The position numbers and the translations under genes are program-made. Positions 47,894 to 56,657 of a DNA stretch of 64,000 nucleotides are shown in pieces (position 1 is the first letter of the stretch; every line of letters starts with the position of its first letter). Below the pieces are notes generated by a model. The model searched no databases. It was not told where the DNA came from and worked only from the letters and a program-made list of their open reading frames with translations. Source of the stretch: an uncultured Candidatus Micrarchaeota archaeon (lineage in GTDB: Archaea; Micrarchaeota; Micrarchaeia; Micrarchaeales; Micrarchaeaceae); the NCBI GenBank assembly GCA_963741095.1, contig CAVUGN010000009.1, positions 32,001 through 96,000 of the forward strand, written 5' to 3'.

Positions 47894-49363
47894 TCACTGC
47901 GCTATCTTTGCGAGGAACGGGTAGGTCTCGTACAATCTCTCCTGCTCCAACTGCTTGTAGAGCATGTAGATTATGCCCACGGTAAGAAGGATTCCCATCC
48001 CCGAGCCTATGGCTCCCGATAGCGTGGCCAGCGCAGCGAGCAGCCCTACGAATATGCTGCCCAGCGTTGTTAGCGTCGGTATGTACTTGTTGAGAACGTT
48101 CTCGACTATCCTTGGGTCCCTCCTGAAGCCCGGTATCTGCCAGCCGTAAGTGCCCAGCTGCTCAGCGACGTTCTTCGGGCTCTGGCCCGTAAGCTCTATC
48201 CAGAACCTGCCGAAAACGACGCACAGCGCCACCAGGACGACCGTGTATATTATGACGTGGATCCATTCGGGCACCGGTATCACTCCGCCCCATGGAAGGA
48301 AGAGCTGCGTGGTGCTCTGTGCCAGATAGGTTATGTAAGGCCCGTATCCGCCTATGCCCCCGTAAGATGCCGAATAGGGCAGCGGGAATGTCGGTGATAT
48401 GAGGTAAGCAAGCCCGCCCTTGAGCGTCAATGTTGTTGCGCCTGAAGTCGTGGCGGTCGGCTGGTAGAATGCGATGAACCTCGCCAGGCCCTGCAGCGAG
48501 CCCTGCACGCCTGCAAGGAACCTGAACCAGACCGTGAAGCTCAACTCAAGCGAAGAGGCGAGTATGACCGGCAAGACGCTAACATAAAGGAACGGCAGCG
48601 GCAGTCTTCCGCCCATGCCCCTGAACTGCTCGAACGCCAGCGGCAGCTCGACCTTCATCTCGTATGTGTATATGCTCGCGCAGAAGACCACTATCGCGAA
48701 GAAGAGCGGCCCGAAGGCTATCAGCGCGCTTGAGAGCGCGGCTGCGCCGCCGCCCTGCACCGCCGCTATGGCTTCAGGAAGCAGTATGCTGAAGGTTCCC
48801 GCGACTATCGCGTAGGAGACTCCCGCAGCGATGAACATGTTTATCCCCGAAGTGACGCCGTACTTGGTCATCATCTCGTCTAGGTAGATTATCGTTATGG
48901 CTCCGATCGCGAGCTGCAAAACCACGATGGGTATGCTGGCCGCGTTGCCTATCGGCACGTAGCCGGTCCAGACGAATATGACTGATTCGACGACCGCAAG
49001 GCATATGGCGGCTATCTTCTGCAGGCTTTGGAAGCGCGCTTTCTGCGTCGGGTCGTTCATGTCGATGTCTATTATGCCCGAACCGGATACCAACTGAAGC
49101 ACTATGCTCGAGAGCACTATCGGGCCTATTCCAACGGTTATGAGGCTGCCTATCTTCGATGCGAATATTATGCTGACCAGCTGAAGGAAAGGCTGGTTGA
49201 CCGCTGCGGGATTCACTCCGATCGCGTAGGTGTTGTACAGCAGGAAATAGATCGCTATTATCGCGCCAGTCCAGTACATCTTCTCTCTGAGCGAGAGAGG
49301 GCTGGCGGGGTCCTTTATCACCGGTATGAATCTCGATATACTGTCAATAAATTCCAATCCCAT
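47894..49363 (-). CDS. secY: Protein translocase SecY/Sec61 alpha
   Basis: VGIGPIV.SSI, SGINMFIAAG, QIPGFRRDP and SGMGILLTVGI. Confidence 0.96.
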   Translation of the reverse strand: MGLEFIDSISRFIPVIKDPASPLSLREKMYWTGAIIAIYFLLYNTYAIGVNPAAVNQPFLQLVSIIFASKIGSLITVGIGPIVLSSIVLQLVSGSGIIDIDMNDPTQKARFQSLQKIAAICLAVVESVIFVWTGYVPIGNAASIPIVVLQLAIGAITIIYLDEMMTKYGVTSGINMFIAAGVSYAIVAGTFSILLPEAIAAVQGGGAAALSSALIAFGPLFFAIVVFCASIYTYEMKVELPLAFEQFRGMGGRLPLPFLYVSVLPVILASSLELSFTVWFRFLAGVQGSLQGLARFIAFYQPTATTSGATTLTLKGGLAYLISPTFPLPYSASYGGIGGYGPYITYLAQSTTQLFLPWGGVIPVPEWIHVIIYTVVLVALCVVFGRFWIELTGQSPKNVAEQLGTYGWQIPGFRRDPRIVENVLNKYIPTLTTLGSIFVGLLAALATLSGAIGSGMGILLTVGIIYMLYKQLEQERLYETYPFLAKIAQ

Positions 49364-49367
49364 AGGC

Positions 49368-50423
49368 TCATCTTCTGTTTACTGCCTTCTTTTCTATAAG
49401 TTTAACATTATATCTGTTTGCATTGGTCACCGCGGTCACCTCCACCCGCGAATTCTTGCCGATCGTGCCCGAAAGAAGGCCATCGAGGAAGGGCATGGCC
49501 ATGCTCACGAACTCCTCCCTGGCTCTCAGTCTTGCGTAGGATACGCTCCCATTCAGTGGCCTGAGGCTCGCTATCCTCATCTCGCCGAGGCCGAGCAGCC
49601 TCACCACGTTCTCGATGTTGGACTTCGTTATCGGCATGCTGCCCGCAAGCCTGCTTCCCATTGTCATCATTATCTGTTTTACCTCGCTGGCGTAGTCCTT
49701 GTTCATCAGCATCAGCGATGCCAGCAGATAGTACTCCTCGGGCATGTGCGCGCCCTCGTTGTACTGCCTTTCAATCTCATGCATGTGCCCGCCGATGTAG
49801 CCGAAGAACCTCTCGGCGGTCTGCGGGTCTATCCAGCCCGGCGAGTACCTGTCTGAGGTAACGAACCTGCAGAACTCCGAATCGTTCTCGCTGCAGAGCA
49901 CCTCGTTGACATGCACCAGCCGCCTTCTCGCCGCGGTCAGGAAGCCTGCCATGGTGCCAGCCTCGAAAGCGTGCATGTTGGTGCCGAGCTTCATGCCCGT
50001 CTTGTGGTGCAGAAGTATCTCGACCCTGCCGGGGAATACCTGGTAGGTCACCCTCCTGTAGCCCGCCCTTTCCAGGAACGAGACGAGATCGTGCACGCTC
50101 TCCTCATACCATTCGTACCTCCTTTTCTTCTCGTAGAGCCGGTAAAGCGCCCTGCCTATCGACATCCCGTACCTGTAGTTGTGGTCGCGCATGCCCTCCG
50201 ACAGATTTGACAGCACGGAGCTGAAGAGAGTGGCGCATTCCGCCACGCTGTGCCTGTGCTCGGTCTCGAGTATGCTATCCAGAAGCACATCCTCATAGCT
50301 GAGAATGGGCGCGTGCGACTTCCTGATCTCTCTCGTTGCGAGAGCCTTCCTTTTAGGCTTTGGCGCCGCGGCCTTCGCCGCCCTCTTGCGCTCCCCGGCC
50401 TTTTGCCTCACTCTCGCAGCCAC
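49368..50423 (-). CDS. V4R-domain-like protein
   Basis: FEAGTMAGFL...VNEVLC......CRF V4R pattern. Confidence 0.7.
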   Translation of the reverse strand: MAARVRQKAGERKRAAKAAAPKPKRKALATREIRKSHAPILSYEDVLLDSILETEHRHSVAECATLFSSVLSNLSEGMRDHNYRYGMSIGRALYRLYEKKRRYEWYEESVHDLVSFLERAGYRRVTYQVFPGRVEILLHHKTGMKLGTNMHAFEAGTMAGFLTAARRRLVHVNEVLCSENDSEFCRFVTSDRYSPGWIDPQTAERFFGYIGGHMHEIERQYNEGAHMPEEYYLLASLMLMNKDYASEVKQIMMTMGSRLAGSMPITKSNIENVVRLLGLGEMRIASLRPLNGSVSYARLRAREEFVSMAMPFLDGLLSGTIGKNSRVEVTAVTNANRYNVKLIEKKAVNRR

Positions 50424-50439
50424 TCATACACCTATGCCA

Positions 50440-51516
50440 TCATGCGATTATGCCCTCCATCGTCTTTATCGCGGGCAGGCTGCACGCCGACGCCGTGTTG
50501 TTTATGGCTATGCAAACCTCGGCTACATAAACGTCCGCAGCCGCGTACTCCTCAACAGCGAACTCGTTTTTCATGCTGCCGATCTGGCCCAGTATGCCGC
50601 TGTGCGTCATGTAGGTCAACGGCGCCAGCTTCGTGTTCTGCTGTGTGGTGCTGTTTGCTATGCCGAAAATCACCGCATCAGCTCCGCCAACGAGCGTTGT
50701 GCCCCAGAAGCTCGTCGGAGTGCCCCTGAACGCGCTGAAATTGGCCATGTACTCCATCGCAAGCTTGTCCGACGAGTTGCTCGCGGCCTGTATGAAGGTG
50801 TTGTAGCCCGCGCTCGGAGCCTGGAAGCTTCCATTTATCGGGGAATCATACTCTCCGGTGAAGAAGTTTATTGTGTTGCTGGTGAAGTAGTTTGCGAAGT
50901 CCACGCCCGTCCCAGTTATATCCTCACGTGCCCAGTAAAGGGTCGGCACGTCGCCGTCTCCCAGCGCACTGTAGCCCTGGTACAGGGAGCCAAAGCTGCC
51001 AAAGCGCGATAGCGCAAGGGCCATCGCCCACCTGTTCTCCGCGCAGTATATGCATGATATCGCCCCGATGTATATGACGCTCGGCTTGCCATTGATGATG
51101 AGTGGTTTGTACTGGGTTTGCTTCATCAGGTACACCACGCCCACATAGGTGCCGTTGCTTATGGTCTCGCCCGGTATGCTCCCGTTGAGCAGCGCCGCGC
51201 CCGCGCTCTCGAAATAGCTGTTGGGCACGTTGTTTATCTCAGCGAGTTCTGTGCTGCTCAGCGGATTGTTTATCCCGGCAAGCGTGTCCCCGACCGTCGA
51301 TCCCCCCGCGATCGTGGTTGTGGTCTTCCCGCCAATTCCAAAGAGCGGGTAGACCGAATATGCTACGGCAAGCACCAGCGCTATGGCCAGCACCACGCTC
51401 AGCATCTTGAACATCCTGACCTCCTCCTCAAGCTTGCGCTTGGTTTCGGCATGTTCGTGCTCCGTGTGCCCTGCATGTTCGTGTTCGGCATGCGCCGCGC
51501 TAGTATTCTCTGCCAT
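50440..51516 (-). CDS. DUF929-like membrane-anchored thioredoxin-fold protein
   Basis: GKPSVIYIGAISCIYCAENRWAMALALSRFG. Confidence 0.8.
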   Translation of the reverse strand: MAENTSAAHAEHEHAGHTEHEHAETKRKLEEEVRMFKMLSVVLAIALVLAVAYSVYPLFGIGGKTTTTIAGGSTVGDTLAGINNPLSSTELAEINNVPNSYFESAGAALLNGSIPGETISNGTYVGVVYLMKQTQYKPLIINGKPSVIYIGAISCIYCAENRWAMALALSRFGSFGSLYQGYSALGDGDVPTLYWAREDITGTGVDFANYFTSNTINFFTGEYDSPINGSFQAPSAGYNTFIQAASNSSDKLAMEYMANFSAFRGTPTSFWGTTLVGGADAVIFGIANSTTQQNTKLAPLTYMTHSGILGQIGSMKNEFAVEEYAAADVYVAEVCIAINNTASACSLPAIKTMEGIIA

Positions 51517-51587
51517 AGAATCATCTTCCTATCCCTAATCAATTGCAGCTTTCTGTATTTAACCTTTTTGCAACTATATATTTGGGC

Positions 51588-52385
51588 ATGGAAACCAAGG
51601 CTCTGCAGAAGGAAAGGGAGACGACGCAGGCAACCATAATTGAGATGGCTGACGCGCATTGCCATCTTGATCTCATGGACCCATCGGAGATAGCCGACTG
51701 CATCAAGGCCGGGGTGATGACCCTGATCACGGACGGCGTGGACACGAAATCCAACGCCAGGGCGGTGGAACTGTCTGACGGCAGGCACATCTTCGCCGCG
51801 CTGGGCATAGACCCGGAGCATGTGCCGAACACGAGCGACGAGGAGCTCGCATTCAACATCGGCCTAATAAGGAGCAACGCAAAGAGGATCGTCGCGATCG
51901 GGGAGATAGGGTTGGATTACAAGTACAAGCCGGACTTCAATGCCATGGAAAAACAGCGAAGATTCTTCGAAGGTTTCCTTGATTTGGCGGAGAGCCTCAA
52001 GCTGCCGGTGTGCGTGCATTCAAGGAACGCGCTTGACGACGTTCTATCGATAACCGGCGAGCGGGACAGCAAAATGGTGCAGATCCACTTCTTCGAGGGC
52101 AACGTGCAGCAGGCAAAAGAGATAGAGCGCCGCGGTTACATGGTCTCCATCCCCCCTCTCGATTCCGGCAAACGAATGAGGACATTGAAGGAGATGGCCA
52201 TAGACAACATAATGGCGGAGAGCGATGCCCCGGTGGCAGTCGGTTCGCCATTGATGGTAAGGAAATCCATAGAGATGATAGCAGCAGCAAAGGGTATGAG
52301 TTTCGAGTCCACGGCTGAGGTAGTGGTAAACAACACGAAGAGGTTCTTCAACCTGCGCGCGAAAGCGGGCCTCATGCGTGCATGA
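51588..52385 (+). CDS. tatD: TatD-family nuclease
   Basis: DAHCHL, IGEIGLDY, VHSR and ESDAP. Confidence 0.93.
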   Translation: METKALQKERETTQATIIEMADAHCHLDLMDPSEIADCIKAGVMTLITDGVDTKSNARAVELSDGRHIFAALGIDPEHVPNTSDEELAFNIGLIRSNAKRIVAIGEIGLDYKYKPDFNAMEKQRRFFEGFLDLAESLKLPVCVHSRNALDDVLSITGERDSKMVQIHFFEGNVQQAKEIERRGYMVSIPPLDSGKRMRTLKEMAIDNIMAESDAPVAVGSPLMVRKSIEMIAAAKGMSFESTAEVVVNNTKRFFNLRAKAGLMRA

Positions 52386-52426
52386 CCGCCCATTAATAAA
52401 TATTCGGTGCGCAATACCTTATGCGT

Positions 52427-52501
52427 GGGCCTGTAGCTCAGCTTGGATAGAGCGACACCCTTCTAAGGTGAAGGTCGTGGGTTCAAATCCCACCAGGCCC
52501 G
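52427..52501 (+). tRNA. tRNA-Arg(TCT); integration target
   Basis: Acceptor GGGCCTG/CAGGCCC, anticodon loop CTTCTAA, T-arm GTGGG-TTCAAAT-CCCAC; 75 nt. Confidence 0.95.
52466..52501 (+). repeat. attL core (36 bp)
   Basis: AGGTGAAGGTCGTGGGTTCAAATCCCACCAGGCCCG, identical to 56698-56733. Confidence 0.95.
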
Positions 52502-53445
52502 GCGTATTTTACGACGACAAAGCCGGGCTCGAATCTGCCAGTCAAGCAAAAGAAGATCGTGCCAAAAGGCGGGTTCGGGGTGCGTTTTGGCCGTCTTCCA
52601 AGCATTCAGAAAGTCGGGAAAACCAGGGTTCGGGGTTGGATTTTCAGGACTTTCTGCACCAAACAGAGGATTTCAGCAACAATGTGTCAAAACACCCGTT
52701 GGAACAGATCAGAGCCATAGTTGCCAAAGTTCACACAAGACGCTTCAGACGCAGAAAAGAGCCACGTTACGGCACCATCAACAAAGGCTTCACCGAACTT
52801 GAGCTGCAACGCTTCCTAAGAAGCGTCAAGAACGACAAGTTCGGGCTTCTTTTCAAGTACCAGGCCTTCATGGGCCTTCGAGTTGGAGAAGTCAGCAAGT
52901 TGCACGTAAGCAACATCGACTTCGACAAACGAGAGCTCACAATACTTAGTGAAAAATCTTCCAAGATGGACTCTCTCATAATTCCTTTGGACTTGTTCAA
53001 AGAGACCATATCATTCATAAATCAGAACAAAGAGGCCATTGAGTCAGCGCACGGCTTCATTTTCTTCAAAGAAAACGACAACAATCACAACGAGGTTCCG
53101 CACGTAGACCTTGATTACGTCAGAAAGGTCTTCCGAGAATCTGTAGCGCGAGCCAATGTAGACCAAATCTATGCCTATTCAGAAGAGACAACCGTCGGGC
53201 ATAAAGAAAGACCATTACATCGGCTTACAACGCACAGCCTACGCCACTACGCGATAACACACTTCGCCAAGGCTACGAATGGAAATATCGTCTTATCCTC
53301 TAGGTTCGCCAGACATGCCAGTCCTTCCACAACTATGCGCTATATCGCAAAAGACAAAGAACAGCTTTACAATGAGATAGATAACGCATTCACAAACAGC
53401 AAAATCGAAGCAATAAAAGTTCTAGCTAATAGACACAGATTATAA
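52466..53445 (+). CDS. int: Tyrosine recombinase, C-terminal part int(C) of a partitioned integrase
   Basis: GLRVGE, HSLRH, RH and TTMRY catalytic residues; frame reads through the att core; no ATG between att and the catalytic domain. Confidence 0.9.
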
Positions 53446-53555
53446 TCATGCTGTCCTGCACTCTTCAAATGGCAAAACCCAAGTAATCGTCAAAAGCCGA
53501 AACTAAAAGTAAGTTATAAATATTATATAAATCACAGCACATAATAGTGATTATA

Positions 53556-54170
53556 ATGTCAGTACAAGGATCAAAAAGTGTTCCAACATCTCAGCAGGTG
53601 CGAGAAGGGATTTCCGAGGTATTTTTCACTGAAAAGACTGTAAAGAGCTCGGAGGCAGTCGCAGCAGTGCCGAAAGGCTACAGAATGGCTCGGCCCGATG
53701 AAGTTGCTTTAAACTGGAAAGAAAGTCCAGCATTTCTGAAAGCATTGTATGATCTTCCATGCGCGGTTTGGTCGGATCAAACAGGACTGACTTCTTCAGG
53801 ACCTCATAAAATAGATGAGAATGGCAAATCGGTAAAGATAACAGAAGCTGAATTTATGGCACTTGACGCTAAAGACAGAAGCTGGCATTATTCAGGAACC
53901 GGCCTTGTGGCCCTCCTCGGCTACCACTACTGGGGCGGGGGCGGGAGCTTGGACGTCAATGCGGGTGCGAGGTCTGACCTTGCTGCCCGGGTGGCTTATG
54001 TCGCCCTCGAAGAGGGCGCGCAAAAATCTGGAAACTCGAATACTGAACTAGCCTCCCTGGTTCGAGAAACTCTACCTCCGATAATTGCTGTGCTAGAGCC
54101 ATCAACGAAGCCAGAAATACTAGAGAATCTAAGAAGTCTGCTAAGAGCGGCATCAGAAACGAAGGAATAA
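53556..54170 (+). CDS. DGR target (variable) protein
   Basis: Contains the VR in frame (GLVALLGYHYWGGGGSLDVNAGARSDLAARVA); TATA-like TTATAAA near 53514 and GTGAT before ATG 53556. Confidence 0.9.
   Translation: MSVQGSKSVPTSQQVREGISEVFFTEKTVKSSEAVAAVPKGYRMARPDEVALNWKESPAFLKALYDLPCAVWSDQTGLTSSGPHKIDENGKSVKITEAEFMALDAKDRSWHYSGTGLVALLGYHYWGGGGSLDVNAGARSDLAARVAYVALEEGAQKSGNSNTELASLVRETLPPIIAVLEPSTKPEILENLRSLLRAASETKE
53901..53996 (+). repeat. DGR variable repeat (VR)
   Basis: Aligns to TR 54403-54501 with 18 substitutions (16 at TR adenines) and one 3-nt gap. Confidence 0.95.
54002..54018 (+). promoter_or_regulatory. DGR homing hairpin 3' of the VR
   Basis: CGCCCTC-GAA-GAGGGCG: 7-bp stem with GAA loop, 5 nt after the VR; absent after the TR. 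Confidence 0.85.
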
Positions 54171-54197
54171 ATATCTGATGCTGTCTTACTCTTTTTT

Positions 54198-54519
54198 ACC
54201 TAGGTTTGCATGGAGAAATCCTGCAAAACATCGCGGAAGCGATGGGTGTAAGCCTAGGAGCCACACACCCGTCTACAGTGCTAGCAACAATTAGGCATGC
54301 TAGACATGAAATTCAGCAGCGACACTGAGTAAGTATCAACTGAAATCGTGAAGCTGCGGTGCGCCACGAAAGTGGCATATAAAGTAGATGGATTAGCATT
54401 GCGGCCTTGTGGCCCTCAACGGCAACTACAACAACTGGAACAGGGACAGAAGGTTGAACGTCAATGCGGATGCGAGGTCTGACAATGCTGCTCGAATGGC
54501 TCTTGTTTACATCCTAGGT
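54198..54519 (+). ncRNA. Candidate structured DGR RNA (5' structured leader plus TR)
   Basis: GNRA-capped hairpins at 54205-54227, 54229-54244 and 54363-54376, further stems, and ACCTAGG/CCTAGGT terminal complementarity. Confidence 0.6.
54403..54501 (+). repeat. DGR template repeat (TR)
   Basis: Eight AAY triplets in the target reading frame; lies immediately upstream of the RT. Confidence 0.95.
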
Positions 54520-54536
54520 CCACATTTGGTAATCCT

Positions 54537-55666
54537 ATGGAAACCTACAGAGACCTTTACACTAAGCTTTGCTCTTATGATAACCTTGAATTGGCTTGGT
54601 TAAGAGCAAGAAAAAGAAAGACACTCAAGGAATACGTCATAGAATTCGAATCGGATTTAGACTGGAATATAAAACAGTTGAAACACGAGCTAGAAACCTT
54701 CACATATTCACCAGCTCCGCTTACTACATTCATCATAAAAGACCCAAAAACCAGAAAAATAAGCGCAGCGCATTTCAGGGACCGCATCATACACCATGCG
54801 ATATGCAACATAATAGCACCCATTTTTGAAAAGGATTTCATCTACGATTCCTTCGCCAATCAAAAACACAAGGGGACGCACATGGCAATCAAGAGACTAG
54901 AGAAATTCATGAGAAAAGTAAGTAGCAACCACAAAGCGGTGCGGGGGGGCAAAGTAAACTTTTTATCAACAAAAGCAATACCGGATACGCCCTTAAAGCC
55001 GATGTGCGTCATTATTTCGACACTGTCGATCATCAGATATTATTGTACATTGTAGAACGTAAAATAAAGGATGCTAATCTTATTTGGCTAATAAAAAAGA
55101 TACTTGAAAACCATAAAACCGTTATTGCAGGCAAAGGAATGCCGCTTGGTAACTTAACCTCGCAATTTTTTGCAAACGTCTACCTAAACGAATTTGACCA
55201 CTTCGTTAAACAGGTGCTAAAGGCAAAATATTACATCAGGTACGTAGACGATTTTATAATTCTCCATAAAGACAAGAAAGTGCTGGAAAAATGGAAAGTC
55301 GCGATAGACACATTCTTGAAAATTAACCTGAAGATAGAACTTCATCCAGAAAAATCAAGAATAGTGCCCATAGTGCGGGGCATAACCATGTTAGGATTCA
55401 GAATTTTTCATCATCACAGGCTCCTTAAGAAGAGCAACGCTCGAAGAATTTGGAAACGCTTAGAAAGATTCCAAGAAAGAACTGATACGGGCAAAATGAC
55501 CGTAGACGAAGCAGCACGAAGCATGGAAGGCTGGCTTGCGTATGCCCGCTTTGCCAATACGTATAACCTGAGAAAAAGAGTTGCTGCAAGATTTAACGCT
55601 TTATTCATAAAGAATCCTTCAGTCCTTCAAGCATATCCCGTTCGCTCTGCTCCGCAAGGCCCATAA
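54537..55666 (+). CDS. DGR-type reverse transcriptase, interrupted by a -1 frameshift near G7 (54943-54949)
   Basis: DPKTRKI, FRDRIIHHA and KGTH in the first frame; GYALKADVRHYFD, GMPLGNLTSQFFANVYL, YIRYVDDF and LGF in the second; one extra base gives a 376-aa protein. Confidence 0.93.
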
Positions 55667-55685
55667 TAAACTCGTTTCGACATGC

Positions 55686-55946
55686 TTAAGCCAACAACCT
55701 GTTAAACTCGTCCACTGACAGGTCCGCTTCCCGCATTATAGTACGCACCATCCCCTTGCCAATCGGCTTGTGGGCAGGCACTACAATCATGTTCTCGGGA
55801 TTCCTTTCTCCAAAAATAGAAGCATATCTTTCCATGTCTGCAAGCTGCATCACGATATGGCTGCCCCTCTGGTGGCTGATAATGTAGCCTGCTCTGGTCA
55901 GGGCCTTCACCACCCTGTCATAATCTATTGGTACCAGCCTAGACAC
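55686..55946 (-). CDS. hicA: HicA-family toxin
   Basis: QRGSH, VVPAH and IGKG...I...A motifs. Confidence 0.9.
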   Translation of the reverse strand: MSRLVPIDYDRVVKALTRAGYIISHQRGSHIVMQLADMERYASIFGERNPENMIVVPAHKPIGKGMVRTIMREADLSVDEFNRLLA

Positions 55947-56148
55947 TTACCTGCACCATCGCCACGGGCACAGGGTTGCCGTGTTTTTTGAGTGCTTCCA
56001 GGTATGCCTGTATCGCTTCCTTGACGTTCTTCATCAGTTCCTTGCGCGTCCTGCCTTCGGTGGCGCAGCCCGGAAGGTCAAGCACCTTTGCTACATACAT
56101 GTTGTCTTCGTCCTTTTCTATTATGACCCTGTACTTCATCCTTTCCAT
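55939..56148 (-). CDS. hicB: HicB-family antitoxin (short, no DNA-binding tail)
   Basis: Y.VIIEKDED..Y.A....LPGCATEG.T..E...N..EAI..Y. Confidence 0.92.
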   Translation of the reverse strand: MERMKYRVIIEKDEDNMYVAKVLDLPGCATEGRTRKELMKNVKEAIQAYLEALKKHGNPVPVAMVQVSV

Positions 56149-56275
56149 GGTTATATCATGGTTGTGCGGATATTAAATCTTTTCCTCGGGTCGCACATCT
56201 CTATCGCCTTGCTTTGCAAGGCTCACGAGGTGCCTCCCTAAGCCAGCAACCTGGCAGTTCAAGGAACCTTACTGC

Positions 56276-56384
56276 GCCGCTTTTTGCCCCCACTCAAAAA
56301 GCGGCCGTTTCTGATGAAACTCTTTTTCAAAGAGTTTCCGCTTGAGCCCGCCGACCGACGCCGAAGGCGTCGCTGGAGGCGGGC
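56276..56384. repeat. Cluster of perfect inverted repeats in the element's non-coding arm
   Basis: 11-bp stem 56276-56305; 10-bp stem with TTC loop 56316-56338; 7-bp stem with GAA loop 56356-56372 nested in GCCCGCC/GGCGGGC. Confidence 0.8.
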
Positions 56385-56657
56385 GAAGGCTTCTTAAGAC
56401 GAACTGTGGGCGTATGTAGGTCGTAACTTAATGGTAAGTAGCTCTCTCGATAAAATTTCGCTCCAAAAAACCTGTCGACGAAGCCGTTCTTAAGACGATT
56501 TCAAAAAATCATCTTAAGTCTCTGGCGTCATCTTTAGTTTTTTGATCGGGTCGAAATTTGTACGGAACCGCACCCGAAATGCGTATAAATCCTAAGCGCG
56601 TAGAAACATTGAAATTCGTGGTTCAATTGCGTCAAACGATCAGGGTTCGGGGTTGCC

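Noticed and set aside
52378-52465. ORF-track N-terminus of the integrase
   Set aside because: It runs through the tRNA 5' half outside the element; the in-frame ATG at 56658 is a better native start.
54409-54603. 64-aa Asn-rich ORF as a gene or Avd candidate
   Set aside because: It is the TR read in the target frame (AAC codons); it overlaps the RT start and has no Avd-like helical pattern.
54537-55666. RT as a group II intron, retron or CRISPR-associated RT
   Set aside because: The GNLTSQ motif, small size, adjacent TR/VR pair with adenine-specific differences and absence of a cas gene or array all point to a DGR.
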